A stretch of 62,749 nt of DNA, the filler included, from a bacterium (GTDB lineage: Bacteria > JALSQH01): NCBI GenBank assembly GCA_026985515.1. It is 7 parts of 7 records of this genome, joined end to end, with 100 filler letters (N's around TTAATTAATTAA, not from the genome) between each part and the next. Parts side by side here need not be neighbours in the genome. Positions count along the whole stretch, not along the records: positions 1 to 5,435 come from JALSQH010000015.1; positions 5,536 to 10,855 come from JALSQH010000016.1; 5 more parts are not named here. One strand, written 5' to 3'. Position numbers and translations under genes: made by a program. A model generated the notes under the pieces. The model searched no databases, was not told the origin of the DNA, and was given only the letters and a program-made list of their open reading frames with translations. Below are positions 1 to 9,987 of the stretch, piece by piece. The stretch's first letter is position 1; each line of letters begins with the position of its first letter.

Positions 1-1494
1 CCGACCACAGATTTGCTCATTCCACCCGATGAGGATTCCGTTGAGATTGAGGAGGAGAAGTTAAAGGAAAAGGCTGTAAAACTCAAGGAGAAACTCGCAG
101 AGTTCAGGGTAGAGGGAAAGGTTGTTGGGATCCTGCCGGGTCCAATCATAACGAGGTATGAGTTCGTTCCGGCTCCCGGTATCAAGGTTTCTCAGGTAAC
201 GAATCTCGCCGATGATCTTGCAATGGCGGTGAAGGCGAGAAAGGTAAGAATTTCAGTTATATCTGAAAAAGGTGTTCTGGGAATAGAGATTCCCAATGAG
301 TACAGGAGAATTGTGAGATTGAGAGAGATACTGGAGAGCAGGGCTTACCTCAATAAAAAATTGAAGCTTCCCCTTGTCCTTGGTCTTGATATTGCCGGAA
401 CCCCTGTGGTTGAGGACCTTGTTGATATGCCCCACATCCTGGTGGCAGGTATGACTGGTTCAGGTAAGAGTGTTGGAATAAATTCAATTCTCGTTGGGTT
501 GTTGTACAGGCATTCTCCCAAAAACCTGCGACTTGTCCTTGTTGATCCAAAACTGGTTGAACTCTCCATTTATTCAGATATCCCCCACTTGCTTGTACCT
601 GTGATTTCAGAAAGTGACAGAGCAGTGGGAGTGTTAAAGGGAATTGTTGGAGAAATGGAGAGGAGATACTCCATGTTAAGGCTCATGAAGGTCAGAAATA
701 TTGAGGAGTACAATGCAAAGTTCAGTGAAATGGCAGGTAGTGAGGAAATCCTCTGTGTTAAACCCGATAATGAACTTTTTCAGCCTCCAGGTATTGAGTT
801 TGATGAAGAGGGAAGGGCCTGTCTTTCCTATCTTCCATACATTGTTGTTGTTATAGATGAGTATTCTGATCTTATGTTTGCCACCGGTAAAAAGGTAGAG
901 GAATTTGTTGCGCGTCTGGCACAGAAGGCAAGGGCAGCAGGTATTCATATAATACTTGCCACCCAAAGGCCCTCTGCTAAAGTTGTCACAGGAATCATAA
1001 AGGCAAATCTTCCCGCGAGAATTGCCTATAATGTCAGATCTGCCACTGATTCGCGAATAATTCTTGACGATCCCGGTGCTTCCCAGCTTCTGGGTAAAGG
1101 TGACATGCTCTTTCTACATCCCTCCAGAAATGAAATCAAGAGGATTCAGGGTCCCCTTGTCACCCTGGAAGAGGTTAAAAAAGTTGTGGAATTCTGGAAG
1201 AGACAGGGTACCCCTGCTTACAGAGATGACCTTATCATCCTTGATGAAGATTCCTCTGATGGAAGATATGAGAATGTTGATAAGTTCAAGGATAAGATGT
1301 ATTACAGGGCTCTGAAAATTGCAATGGAGGAGGGTGAGGTAAGTGCCAGCAGGTTGCAGAGAAGACTGGGCATAGGCTATAATAGAGCAGCAAGGTACAT
1401 TGAAATTATGGAGGCTGAAGGAATAATTTCAAAAGCAGATGGTGCAAAGCCAAGGAAAGTTTTGAAATTTTTTGATGTGAATCTGGAGGATTAA
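1..1494 (+). CDS. ftsK: DNA translocase FtsK, motor and gamma domains (5' partial)
   Basis: Walker A GMTGSGKS, Walker B VVVIDE, LAQKARAAGIH/ATQRPS and gamma-domain LQRRLGIGYNRAAR; frame is open from base 1. Confidence 0.96.
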   Translation, partial: PTTDLLIPPDEDSVEIEEEKLKEKAVKLKEKLAEFRVEGKVVGILPGPIITRYEFVPAPGIKVSQVTNLADDLAMAVKARKVRISVISEKGVLGIEIPNEYRRIVRLREILESRAYLNKKLKLPLVLGLDIAGTPVVEDLVDMPHILVAGMTGSGKSVGINSILVGLLYRHSPKNLRLVLVDPKLVELSIYSDIPHLLVPVISESDRAVGVLKGIVGEMERRYSMLRLMKVRNIEEYNAKFSEMAGSEEILCVKPDNELFQPPGIEFDEEGRACLSYLPYIVVVIDEYSDLMFATGKKVEEFVARLAQKARAAGIHIILATQRPSAKVVTGIIKANLPARIAYNVRSATDSRIILDDPGASQLLGKGDMLFLHPSRNEIKRIQGPLVTLEEVKKVVEFWKRQGTPAYRDDLIILDEDSSDGRYENVDKFKDKMYYRALKIAMEEGEVSASRLQRRLGIGYNRAARYIEIMEAEGIISKADGAKPRKVLKFFDVNLED

Positions 1495-2163
1495 ATGAAG
1501 AGAGGAAAATATTTTCTTATCTGGTCAGTTTTACCTGTGTTTCTTTTCTTCCCGGTAAAAAGTTACGGAGGAAAGGCAGACAGGGTGGCAAAGAGATTGC
1601 AGAAAATTTATGAAAAGGCAGTGGACTTTTCAGCAGATTTTACTCAGAAAAGCTACAACAGGACCTTTAACAGGTGGGTTACAGGAAAGGGTAAGGTTTT
1701 TCTGAAAAATGGTGGGAAAATGAGATGGGAATATTACGGAAAGAATGCCCAGACCATTGTTTCAGATGGTAAGGTTATGTGGGTTTATCAACCAGATGCA
1801 AAGGAGGTTGTAATAAGTTCCCTTAAAGATAGTGTTGCAAGAACCCCTGTTAACTTTCTTGAAGGTATGGGGAATCTCAGAAAGGATTTTAAAGTGAAAC
1901 TTACTGAACTCGGTGATTACCCCTCCAGTAAATACTATGTTCTGGAATTGACTCCCAGGGAAAAGATGCCCAATCTCACCAGAATGCTCATGGTTGTTGA
2001 TAAAAAGGATTTCAGAGTGGTTGAAGTGAGGACCTACGATTTTTACAACAACGAAAATATCATTAAATTTTACAACCAGAAACTGAACTCTGGTTTGAAA
2101 GATTCCCTCTTTCAATTTAAAGTTCCCCCTGGTACAAGAGTTCTGAAAATGCCCGCGAGATGA
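1495..2163 (+). CDS. lolA: Outer-membrane lipoprotein carrier LolA
   Basis: Signal peptide, FSADFTQ, GKMRWEY, IVSDGKVMWVY, C-terminal FQFKVPPG; canonical ftsK-lolA order. Confidence 0.88.
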   Translation: MKRGKYFLIWSVLPVFLFFPVKSYGGKADRVAKRLQKIYEKAVDFSADFTQKSYNRTFNRWVTGKGKVFLKNGGKMRWEYYGKNAQTIVSDGKVMWVYQPDAKEVVISSLKDSVARTPVNFLEGMGNLRKDFKVKLTELGDYPSSKYYVLELTPREKMPNLTRMLMVVDKKDFRVVEVRTYDFYNNENIIKFYNQKLNSGLKDSLFQFKVPPGTRVLKMPAR

Positions 2164-4538
2164 AGAAATATCGTGATCTTGAGGAGGCACTGAGAGAAAT
2201 AGAAAGTAGTAATTTGGGGAGGAATTTTATCCACAGAGAAGTGATTCCTCCAGGGGAGGGAAAGTATACCGATTTTCCCCCTGACCTTCATCCTCAGCTG
2301 GTAGAATCTCTTAAACGGAGGGGCATCACACGTCTTTATACTCATCAGCGGGAAGCTTATGATGCTGTGAAAAAAGGTAAAAATGTTGTAATTGTTACTC
2401 CCACTGCATCGGGAAAGACCCTTGCCTACAATCTGCCTGTAATAGATACAATTTTAAAAGACCCTGCCACCAGGGCTCTGTATATTTTTCCCACCAAGGC
2501 ACTCTCACAGGATCAGTTATCTGAGTTGAATGATGTAAAAAAATACCTGGCAAATCCATTTACAACTTTTACCTATGATGGAGATACCCCTTCAGATGCA
2601 AGGCAGAAGATAAGGGAAAAAGGCAATATTATAGTTACAAATCCAGACATGCTTCATCAGGGAATCCTTCCCCACCATAACAGATGGGATAAATTTTTCA
2701 AGAATCTGAAGTTCATTGTGATTGATGAACTTCACACATATCGTGGTGTCTTTGGCAGTCACTTTGCAAATGTATTGAGGAGATTAAAGAGGATATACAG
2801 GTTTTACGGGTCTGAGCCTGTTTTCATAATGACATCAGCCACTATCGCCAACCCTGTTGAACTTGCAGAGAGATTAATTGAAGATGAAGCTGTTCTCATT
2901 GACAGAAATGGTGCTCCTTCGGGTAAGAAATTCTTCTATTTTTACAATCCTCCCCTCATAGATGCTGAGCTGGGAATCAGGAGAAGTGCCCTCAAGGAGT
3001 CCACCTTTCTCGCAAAGAGTTTCATAGAAAAGGGTTTTCACACAATAGTTTTTGCACATACAAGACTTCATGTGGAGATAATGGTCCGCTATCTGAGGTC
3101 CTACCTTGAAAAGAATCTTCAGGATTACGGAATGGTGAGAGGGTACAGGGGAGGTTATTTACCAAAGCGCAGAAGGGAAATTGAAGAGGGTTTGAGAAGT
3201 GGAAGAATAAAGGGCGTTGTTTCCACCAATGCCCTTGAACTGGGGATAGATATTGGTTCCCTTGATGTGGCAATAATGACCGGTTTTCCCGGAACCATTG
3301 CAAGTGCGTGGCAGCAGGCTGGAAGGGCGGGAAGGAAAAAGGGAAATTCTGCAGCGATTCTGGTGGCTACGAGTTCACCCATTGATCAGTTCCTGATGAA
3401 TCATCCTGAGTATTTTTTCAGCAGAAGTCCCGAACATGCCCTCATCAATCCTGATAATCTACTGATTCTCATGGATCACATAAAATGTGCCGCCTTTGAG
3501 TTGCCCTTCAAGGAAGGGGAGAAGTTTGGAAATTCTTCGGTGGATGAGGCAATGGAGTATCTTGAAGAAGAGGGAGTTGTTTTTAAAAATGGAGATATGT
3601 GGTACTGGATGGATGAGAGCTACCCTGCCAACAATGTTAGTCTGAGACAGATGGGTGACGAAAATTTCACTGTTGTTGATACAACCTCAGCTCCCCGAAT
3701 CATAGCGGAGGTCGATTATTTCAGCGCCCCGAGAATACTCTATGAAGGTGCAATTTACATGGTGGAGGGAGAACCCTATCAGGTTGAAAAACTTGATTTC
3801 AGGAACCACAAGGCTTTTGTGAAAAAAGCAAAAGTTGACTACTACACTGATGCCATTGAATATTCAAGGTTAAAGGTGCTTGATGTCTTTGATGAGGAAG
3901 AAGATTTCCTGGGATATGGTTATGGAGAGGTACAGGTTATAACCAGCATTGCCGGTTTTAAGAAGATAAAATTTTTCACATCTGAAAATGTGGGATATGG
4001 AGATGTTCATCTTCCAGATATTGAGTTGCACACCACATCTTTCTGGGTATCTTTTCCCGGGGAATTGAGGAGTGAAGTGGAACTTGATACATTCCAGTAT
4101 ATTGAAGCCATCCACGGGATAGGCTATGCAATGAAAAATGTGGCTGCACTCTTTGCCATGTGTGACCCCCGTGACATAAGCAGGGTGGTTGCTGACAGGG
4201 AGGGAAGGTGGAATTATAATGAAACTACAGGGGGAGGAGTTTTTACGGATCTGGATGGTAATAGAATCCCTTCTCCAGAAAAAGCCTATACACCCACAAT
4301 CTACCTGTATGAAAATTACCCTGGAGGTGTGGGTATCAGCGAAGAATTATTCAGGGTGAAAAAGGATCTGTTGATGGAAACATACAGATTAATCTCTGAA
4401 TGTGGTTGTGAGAGGGGTTGTCCCTCATGTGTGGGCCCCGTTACATACACAGATAATGATGTTAAGGGCAACAGTTTGAAAATTTTGAGAAAGGTGCTTT
4501 TTGAAAATGGGGATCAGGGAGAAGTTAAAGAAACTTAA
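2160..4538 (+). CDS. mrfA: DEAH-box helicase with DUF1998 Zn domain (YprA/MrfA, Hrq1/SftH family)
   Basis: TPTASGKT, DELH, SAT, QQAGRAGR, C-terminal C...CGCERGCPSC; ATGA overlap with lolA. Confidence 0.88.
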   Translation: MKKYRDLEEALREIESSNLGRNFIHREVIPPGEGKYTDFPPDLHPQLVESLKRRGITRLYTHQREAYDAVKKGKNVVIVTPTASGKTLAYNLPVIDTILKDPATRALYIFPTKALSQDQLSELNDVKKYLANPFTTFTYDGDTPSDARQKIREKGNIIVTNPDMLHQGILPHHNRWDKFFKNLKFIVIDELHTYRGVFGSHFANVLRRLKRIYRFYGSEPVFIMTSATIANPVELAERLIEDEAVLIDRNGAPSGKKFFYFYNPPLIDAELGIRRSALKESTFLAKSFIEKGFHTIVFAHTRLHVEIMVRYLRSYLEKNLQDYGMVRGYRGGYLPKRRREIEEGLRSGRIKGVVSTNALELGIDIGSLDVAIMTGFPGTIASAWQQAGRAGRKKGNSAAILVATSSPIDQFLMNHPEYFFSRSPEHALINPDNLLILMDHIKCAAFELPFKEGEKFGNSSVDEAMEYLEEEGVVFKNGDMWYWMDESYPANNVSLRQMGDENFTVVDTTSAPRIIAEVDYFSAPRILYEGAIYMVEGEPYQVEKLDFRNHKAFVKKAKVDYYTDAIEYSRLKVLDVFDEEEDFLGYGYGEVQVITSIAGFKKIKFFTSENVGYGDVHLPDIELHTTSFWVSFPGELRSEVELDTFQYIEAIHGIGYAMKNVAALFAMCDPRDISRVVADREGRWNYNETTGGGVFTDLDGNRIPSPEKAYTPTIYLYENYPGGVGISEELFRVKKDLLMETYRLISECGCERGCPSCVGPVTYTDNDVKGNSLKILRKVLFENGDQGEVKET

Positions 4539-5259
4539 GTCCTCCTTTCATGAGAAATCTGGTAACAGTGTTGAGAGAATACCCCTTCCAGATGTTCCTG
4601 TTAACTTCAGAAGAGAATTTGCTTCAGATTATAAAACCGGAACTTTCAGAATGGGAGATTTTGAAAAATTTTTTCCTCTCTATCTTCCTTTTTTTCCCTC
4701 TGTGATTGAAAGCCCGGAGGAAATGCTTTTCCTTGACCTTGAAACCACTTCCCTTAGCATGGGGGCAGGGAATTTCCCCTTCCTTACTGGAATTGGCTGG
4801 TTTGAGGGCTCCCTTTTCATCGTTTCTCAGTACCTCATAACTTCTCCACCTCAGGAGGTTGAGGTTCTGAAAATTTTGCTTGATCACTGGAATAGATCCA
4901 GAGTTATAGTGACCTACAATGGAAAAACATTTGATGTCCCTTTACTGAAGGGTCGATTTTCCATCTATCGTCTTGGTGAACCTGACGAGAAAAAGCATTA
5001 TGATCTCTATCAGCTTGTAAGAGGCATGGTGAAACCTGCCACATTACACAATGCTGAGAGAGTGTTGCTTGGAATTGAGAGGAATGAAGAGTTTGAGGGT
5101 TCCGATATCCCTTCAATCTATTTCTCCTACATTAATACAGGGGATCTGGAGGTCCTGAAACCTGTCCTGGAGAGAAATCTTCAGGATATTTTGTCCCTTC
5201 CTGCTCTTCTCTTTAAATGGGTGGAAAAGAAGAACCCCCTTTTCTTCAACAAGCATTGA
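4507..5259 (+). CDS. mrfB: RNase H-like DEDD exonuclease (YprB/MrfB family, short form)
   Basis: FLDLETT, TYNGKTFD, HYDLY, NxQD motifs; directly follows the YprA-type helicase. Confidence 0.78.
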   Translation: MGIREKLKKLKSSFHEKSGNSVERIPLPDVPVNFRREFASDYKTGTFRMGDFEKFFPLYLPFFPSVIESPEEMLFLDLETTSLSMGAGNFPFLTGIGWFEGSLFIVSQYLITSPPQEVEVLKILLDHWNRSRVIVTYNGKTFDVPLLKGRFSIYRLGEPDEKKHYDLYQLVRGMVKPATLHNAERVLLGIERNEEFEGSDIPSIYFSYINTGDLEVLKPVLERNLQDILSLPALLFKWVEKKNPLFFNKH

Positions 5260-5270
5260 CCCTCTCAAGG

Positions 5271-5286
5271 ATGACATTTCTGTCAT
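5271..5286. promoter_or_regulatory. Palindrome ATGACA-N4-TGTCAT, candidate enhancer-binding-protein site
   Basis: Perfect 6-bp inverted repeat about 70 bp upstream of the sigma54 -24 box. Confidence 0.45.
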
Positions 5287-5356
5287 ATTTGTTTTAATGG
5301 GTGTTTAGTTTTTTTGCCATTCTCTTTATAAACTGCTTTTTATGTGAACCGCAAAA

Positions 5357-5372
5357 TGGCACAGTGGTTGCA
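5357..5372 (+). promoter_or_regulatory. sigma54 (RpoN) -24/-12 promoter
   Basis: TGGCAC-AGTGG-TTGCA is an exact TGGCAC-N5-TTGCW match, followed by SD AAGGAGGTGA and ATG at 5410. Confidence 0.8.
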
Positions 5373-5409
5373 AGGAGGTAAACAGAAGTTAAAAAAAGGA
5401 GGTGAAGGG

Positions 5410-5435
5410 ATGAAGAAGTTACTGATTGCCTTGCT
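5410..5435 (+). CDS. Start of a probably secreted protein (MKKLLIAL..., truncated by contig end)
   Basis: Strong SD, ATG and signal-peptide-like first codons. Confidence 0.6.
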
Positions 5436-5535
5436 NNNNNNNNNNNNNNNNNNNNNNNNNNNNNNNNNNNNNNNNNNNNTTAATTAATTAANNNNNNNNN
5501 NNNNNNNNNNNNNNNNNNNNNNNNNNNNNNNNNNN
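5436..5535. other. Artificial contig spacer
   Basis: N44-TTAATTAATTAA-N44, stops in all six frames. Confidence 0.98.
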
Positions 5536-6981
5536 TTTCTCCTGGACTTTAATTGGATCCATCTGCGGGGTGAATTTCTTATCCTCCTTCCATACACTCC
5601 TCACCTCTTCCTGTGACTTCCATATCCCTACCGCAAGTCCTGCAAGGAGTGCTGCTCCAAGCCCGGTTGTTTCAATGATTTTTGGTCTGACAATTGTTGC
5701 CTGCAGAAAATCTGCCTGCATCTGCATGAGAAGGTCATTCTGAGAGGCTCCTCCGTCAACTTTTAGTTCCTTTAGTTTCTCACCCAGATCATCTTCCATT
5801 GCCCTTATTATGTCATGGTTCTGAAGAGCTATCCCCTCAAGGGTTGCCCTTGCTATGTGTGCAGCTGTTGTTCCTCTGTTTATCCCCCTGATAATCCCCC
5901 TTGCCTGTGGTCTCCAGTAGGGAGCCCCAAGTCCGGTCAGTGCAGGTACAAACACAACTCCCTCTGTGTCATCAACCTGTTTTGCCAGCTCCTCAATCTC
6001 CGGAGCACTTTTTATAATTCCAAGTCCATCCCTTAGCCACTGAACTGCGGCCCCTGCTATGAATGCACTTCCCTCCAGTGCGTAGTAAACTTCTCCTCCT
6101 TCCAGTTGCCATGCAACGGTGGTTAAGAGTCCATGTTTGCTGGCTACTGGTTTTGTTCCTGTGTTCATGAGAGTGAATGATCCTGTACCATAGGTACACT
6201 TGGCCTCTCCCTCTTCAAAACACACCTGACCGAAGAGGGCAGATTGCTGGTCTCCGGCCATTCCAGCCACAGGGATTCCATCGGGGAGAAAATCGAGCTC
6301 CTTTGTGTAACCATATACCTGAGATGAGGGTCTTATTTCTGGGAGCATTTCTGCAGGGACAGTGAGAAGATCAAGAAGTTCCTCATCCCACTGGAGAGTG
6401 TGTATATTCATCAGGAGAGTTCGGGAGGCATTTGAGACATCAGTCACATGTACTTCTCCTCCGGTCAATCTGAATACAAGAAATGAATCAACGGTACCGA
6501 AGAGAGCCTCTCCCTTCTCCGCTTTTTTCCTCAATCCATCCACATTATCCAGAAGCCATTTCAGTTTTGTCCCTGAAAAGTATGGGTCGATGACGAGACC
6601 AGTTTTTTCCCTTATTATCTCTTCCTTTCCCTCCCTCTGAAGCTCTTCACATATGGGGGTGGTTCTTCTGCATTGCCATACAATGGCGTTGTAGAGGGGT
6701 TTACCGGTGGATTTTTCCCACACTATTGTGGTTTCCCTCTGGTTGGTTATACCTATTGCGGCGATTTCAGATGGATCAATTCCTGCCTCGCTGATGGCAA
6801 TTTTCACCACCTCTGCTACACCATTCCAGATGTCCTCAGGGTTGTGTTCAACCCAGCCCGGCTGGGGATAGATCTGGGGGAATTCCCTGTTAACCTTTGC
6901 AAGGACTTCAAGTTGATCACTTAAAATAATTGCCGTGTTTCCGGTGGTACCCTGATCAATTGCAAGAAGAAATTTGCCCAT
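5536..6981 (-). CDS. glpK: Glycerol kinase (last few codons missing)
   Basis: AIDQGTT, GITNQRET, WQCRRT, DPYFSGTK, GDQQSALFG, KCTYGTG, ATLEGIA. Confidence 0.96.
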
Positions 6982-6996
6982 CTTTTCTCCTCCTGA

Positions 6997-8394
6997 TTAA
7001 GATTTTGTAATGGTTATTGTGAATTCCCCATTCATTTCCAGGGTAAATTCCATTTCAAAGCTGTTTTTCCATTTCCATATTACGCCTTCATCAGTTTTAA
7101 CTTCAACCTGATGCCTGAAAGTGAGATATGGAAGGGCCACAATCATTTTTGATCCCTTTGAGGCACGCCATCTGATGGTAATTTCAGGAATTGTATAGTC
7201 ATATTTGAATCTTGCTTCCCCAATCCACATTTCTGGATATGCTCTTGCGAGACTGAAGATGAAATCCTGGGGAAACTGGGAGAAGTGGTCTTTTAGAAAA
7301 TCTATATCCCAGTATGCAGCCCCCAGATTAAACTGATCAACGACATCCATTAAATCATCAATGTACCTTGCAGTTGAGCTGTAGTCGGGGCCCCAGCCTC
7401 CATACTCACCCAGAATCATGGCTGCTTTCTGATACTTTGCCTCATTCAATCTGTCCTGAATTATACCATAGTAAAAGCCCTTATGGGAAGTCCCATACTG
7501 CCCCCCCTCATGGATGAAGGGATCGTAGTAATGAGGTGCGTAGACAATCTGATCAAAGGGGAGAGGTGGTAGAGATGATGTTAATCCTGCTCCCCTCATG
7601 ATTGAGGGTTCAAAAAATAGCAGTTTATCCGGGGCTGTTTCTCTGATAATTTTCCCAACATAGAGATAAAAGGGATAGAGAATGTTTTTCTCAAACTCAC
7701 AGGGCCCGTAGGATCCCGGGAAGGGTTCGTTAAGTATCTCGAAACCAATGACATTTTGCGTGTCCTTAAATCTATGAGCCACCCTTCTCCATGTCTCACC
7801 AAATTCTTTCCACAAGTAATCCCTTGAATTCCAGAAGTGATCAAAGCAGGCTATTACATCCCCCTGAAAGTAGTTAAGCCACCATCTTGGTAACCAGTAT
7901 TTTCTTGCGTTTATGTAATGGATCGAGTTGCATGTCCACTCGGGGGCACCGTTGCCTCCAAAACCTCTTCCGTAGAGATCCTGGTGCATGTCGATCAGTA
8001 CATATATTCCATTCTCAGCCGCCCAGGTCACTCTCCTGGCAAAATTTTCGAGGTATGCATTATCCCATCTGCCCTCTTCAGGTTCAAAGGGATACCACTC
8101 AAATATCATTCTGGCAAAGTTGAATCCCCATTCTTCTCTCATCCATCTGAAATCAGCCTCAGTTATACTCCCAAAGTAGGTGTCGAGACTGTCTCTTCCC
8201 GGTCTTTTGAATGACTCAGCGACATTCAGACCGCGGAGAATGATGTGGAAACCATTTACAAAGAGCTGATTCTGTTCCACATAAACAGGTGTGGCTCTGT
8301 GGCTTAATTCTACTATTTCCCTCATTTCCTTGGAAGAGGAACAGTTAGAAAGAATAAAGAGAAAACTGAGCAAAATTGTAAGAACTTTCCTCAC
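6997..8394 (-). CDS. GH5 glycoside hydrolase, endoglycoceramidase-like, probable lipoprotein
   Basis: LRGLN, IDMHQD, GNGAPEW, acid/base ILNEP, YAPHYY, nucleophile GEYGG; GTG start at 8394 gives a signal peptide ending LSNC. Confidence 0.82.
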   Translation of the reverse strand: MRKVLTILLSFLFILSNCSSSKEMREIVELSHRATPVYVEQNQLFVNGFHIILRGLNVAESFKRPGRDSLDTYFGSITEADFRWMREEWGFNFARMIFEWYPFEPEEGRWDNAYLENFARRVTWAAENGIYVLIDMHQDLYGRGFGGNGAPEWTCNSIHYINARKYWLPRWWLNYFQGDVIACFDHFWNSRDYLWKEFGETWRRVAHRFKDTQNVIGFEILNEPFPGSYGPCEFEKNILYPFYLYVGKIIRETAPDKLLFFEPSIMRGAGLTSSLPPLPFDQIVYAPHYYDPFIHEGGQYGTSHKGFYYGIIQDRLNEAKYQKAAMILGEYGGWGPDYSSTARYIDDLMDVVDQFNLGAAYWDIDFLKDHFSQFPQDFIFSLARAYPEMWIGEARFKYDYTIPEITIRWRASKGSKMIVALPYLTFRHQVEVKTDEGVIWKWKNSFEMEFTLEMNGEFTITITKS

Positions 8395-8401
8395 ATTCTT
8401 T

Positions 8402-8430
8402 ATCCTACAAAAGGAAGATTTTCCTGTCAA
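8402..8430 (-). promoter_or_regulatory. sigma70 promoter of the GH5-glpK unit
   Basis: TTGACA-17-TAGGAT on the minus strand, ending 7 nt before GTG 8394. Confidence 0.65.
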
Positions 8431-8456
8431 TGGAGGTTAACTTTCATCTTTTATAT

Positions 8457-8484
8457 TTGCCCGCATCACTTATCCCTGTATAAT
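8457..8484 (+). promoter_or_regulatory. sigma70 promoter of gltX
   Basis: TTGCCC-16-TATAAT upstream of SD AAGGA and ATG 8507. Confidence 0.5.
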
Positions 8485-8506
8485 CAAAGGAAAAAAAGGA
8501 TAGACA

Positions 8507-9946
8507 ATGAGCGTGAGAGTTAGATTTGCACCATCTCCAACAGGTTATCTCCACATAGGAGGAGCCAGGACTGCAATTTTTAACTATCTCTTTGCGAGAC
8601 ATCATGGGGGAACCTTTATTCTGAGGATTGAAGATACGGATGTTGAAAGATCAAAGAAGGAATACACAGAGGCAATTCTAAACTCCCTGCGCTGGCTGGG
8701 TGTTGAGTGGGATGAGGGTCCCTACTTTCAGAGTGAAAGGATGAATGTTTACAGAGAGTATCTTGATCTCCTCATTAAAAGGGGTAAGGGTTATCAATGC
8801 TGGTGTACCCCTGATGAATTGACGCTTTTCAAGGATTCTCTGAAAAAGGAAAAGAAGAAGTTCAAAAGAAGTGTAGTTGAAGAAAATCATCCTGAGTGGC
8901 TCTCTCCAAGGGAAGGCATTCCACCCGTTGTGATAGTGGAAACACCGACGGAAGGTAAAATTTATTATGATGATCTCATCAGAGGAACCATTTCTTTTCC
9001 TGCTGAGGATGTTGAAGATTTTATCATATGGAGGTCAAATGATACACCCACATATAATTTTGTTGTGGTTGTGGATGATGCTGATATGAAGATAACCCAT
9101 GTTATCCGGGGAGATGACCATATTTCAAACACCCCGAAACAGATTGTCATCTACAGAGCCCTCGGTTTTGAATTGCCCCATTTTGCCCATGTTCCAATGA
9201 TACTGGGACCAGATAAGAAGAGACTTAGTAAAAGACATGGAGCCACCTCTGTTGAAGCCTACAGGGAGGCAGGTTATCTCCCTGAAGCTCTTTTTAACTA
9301 TCTGGTGAGACTTGGATGGTCCTATGGAGATCAGGAGATTTTCACGAAGGAGGAACTGATAGAGAAATTTGATCTCTCTGGTGTTGGAAAATCCCCTGCG
9401 GTTTTTAACCCCGAAAAACTATTGTGGCTCAATGCAGAATACATAAGAGCCTCAGACCACAACAGGTTATTCCAGGAGATATATGATAAACTGCCTCCGG
9501 ATCAGCGAAGCAAGTTGGGGACAGACCCTTCATTTTTCAAACTTATAGGCCTTGTTAAGGTGAGAAGCAGAACCCTCATCGAGCTGTATGAAAATCTCAG
9601 GTTTTACTTCGAACCCTATCCAGATTCCTATGATGAAAAAGGGGTAAGGAAGTTCTTTTCAAAAAAACCTGTCTTTGATGCCCTCTGCGCCCTCTATGAA
9701 GAAATGGATAAGATGATTCATTTCAATGAGGAAAATCTGGAAAAGGCTTTCAGGGATGTTTCAGAGAGATACAATGTGAAATTGAGGGATCTTGCTCAGG
9801 CAGTCAGACTGGCTGTGACAGGGAAAACAGTGAGTCCGGGGATTTTCGAAACCCTTGAGATTCTGGGGAAGATAAGAACACTGAAAAAAATTCAGCGGGC
9901 AATAGAGTGGATAAAGTCCAATGTAAATTTTGAAAATCAGGGTTAA
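8507..9946 (+). CDS. gltX: Glutamate--tRNA ligase
   Basis: RFAPSPTGYLHIGG, LRIEDTD, THVIRGDDH, LSKRHG. Confidence 0.97.
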   Translation: MSVRVRFAPSPTGYLHIGGARTAIFNYLFARHHGGTFILRIEDTDVERSKKEYTEAILNSLRWLGVEWDEGPYFQSERMNVYREYLDLLIKRGKGYQCWCTPDELTLFKDSLKKEKKKFKRSVVEENHPEWLSPREGIPPVVIVETPTEGKIYYDDLIRGTISFPAEDVEDFIIWRSNDTPTYNFVVVVDDADMKITHVIRGDDHISNTPKQIVIYRALGFELPHFAHVPMILGPDKKRLSKRHGATSVEAYREAGYLPEALFNYLVRLGWSYGDQEIFTKEELIEKFDLSGVGKSPAVFNPEKLLWLNAEYIRASDHNRLFQEIYDKLPPDQRSKLGTDPSFFKLIGLVKVRSRTLIELYENLRFYFEPYPDSYDEKGVRKFFSKKPVFDALCALYEEMDKMIHFNEENLEKAFRDVSERYNVKLRDLAQAVRLAVTGKTVSPGIFETLEILGKIRTLKKIQRAIEWIKSNVNFENQG

Positions 9947-9987
9947 TGTGCTAATATAAGTTAGGACTTACTAACAAAGGAACTGAG

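Noticed and set aside
2160-4538. DUF1998 helicase as part of an anti-phage system (DISARM, Druantia, Dpd)
   Set aside because: No methylase, PLD or other defence genes nearby; architecture and YprB partner fit the MrfAB repair pair
8395-8430. ORF-track TTG start at 8430 for the GH5 gene
   Set aside because: That TTG is part of the -35 box TTGACA; GTG 8394 gives a proper signal peptide
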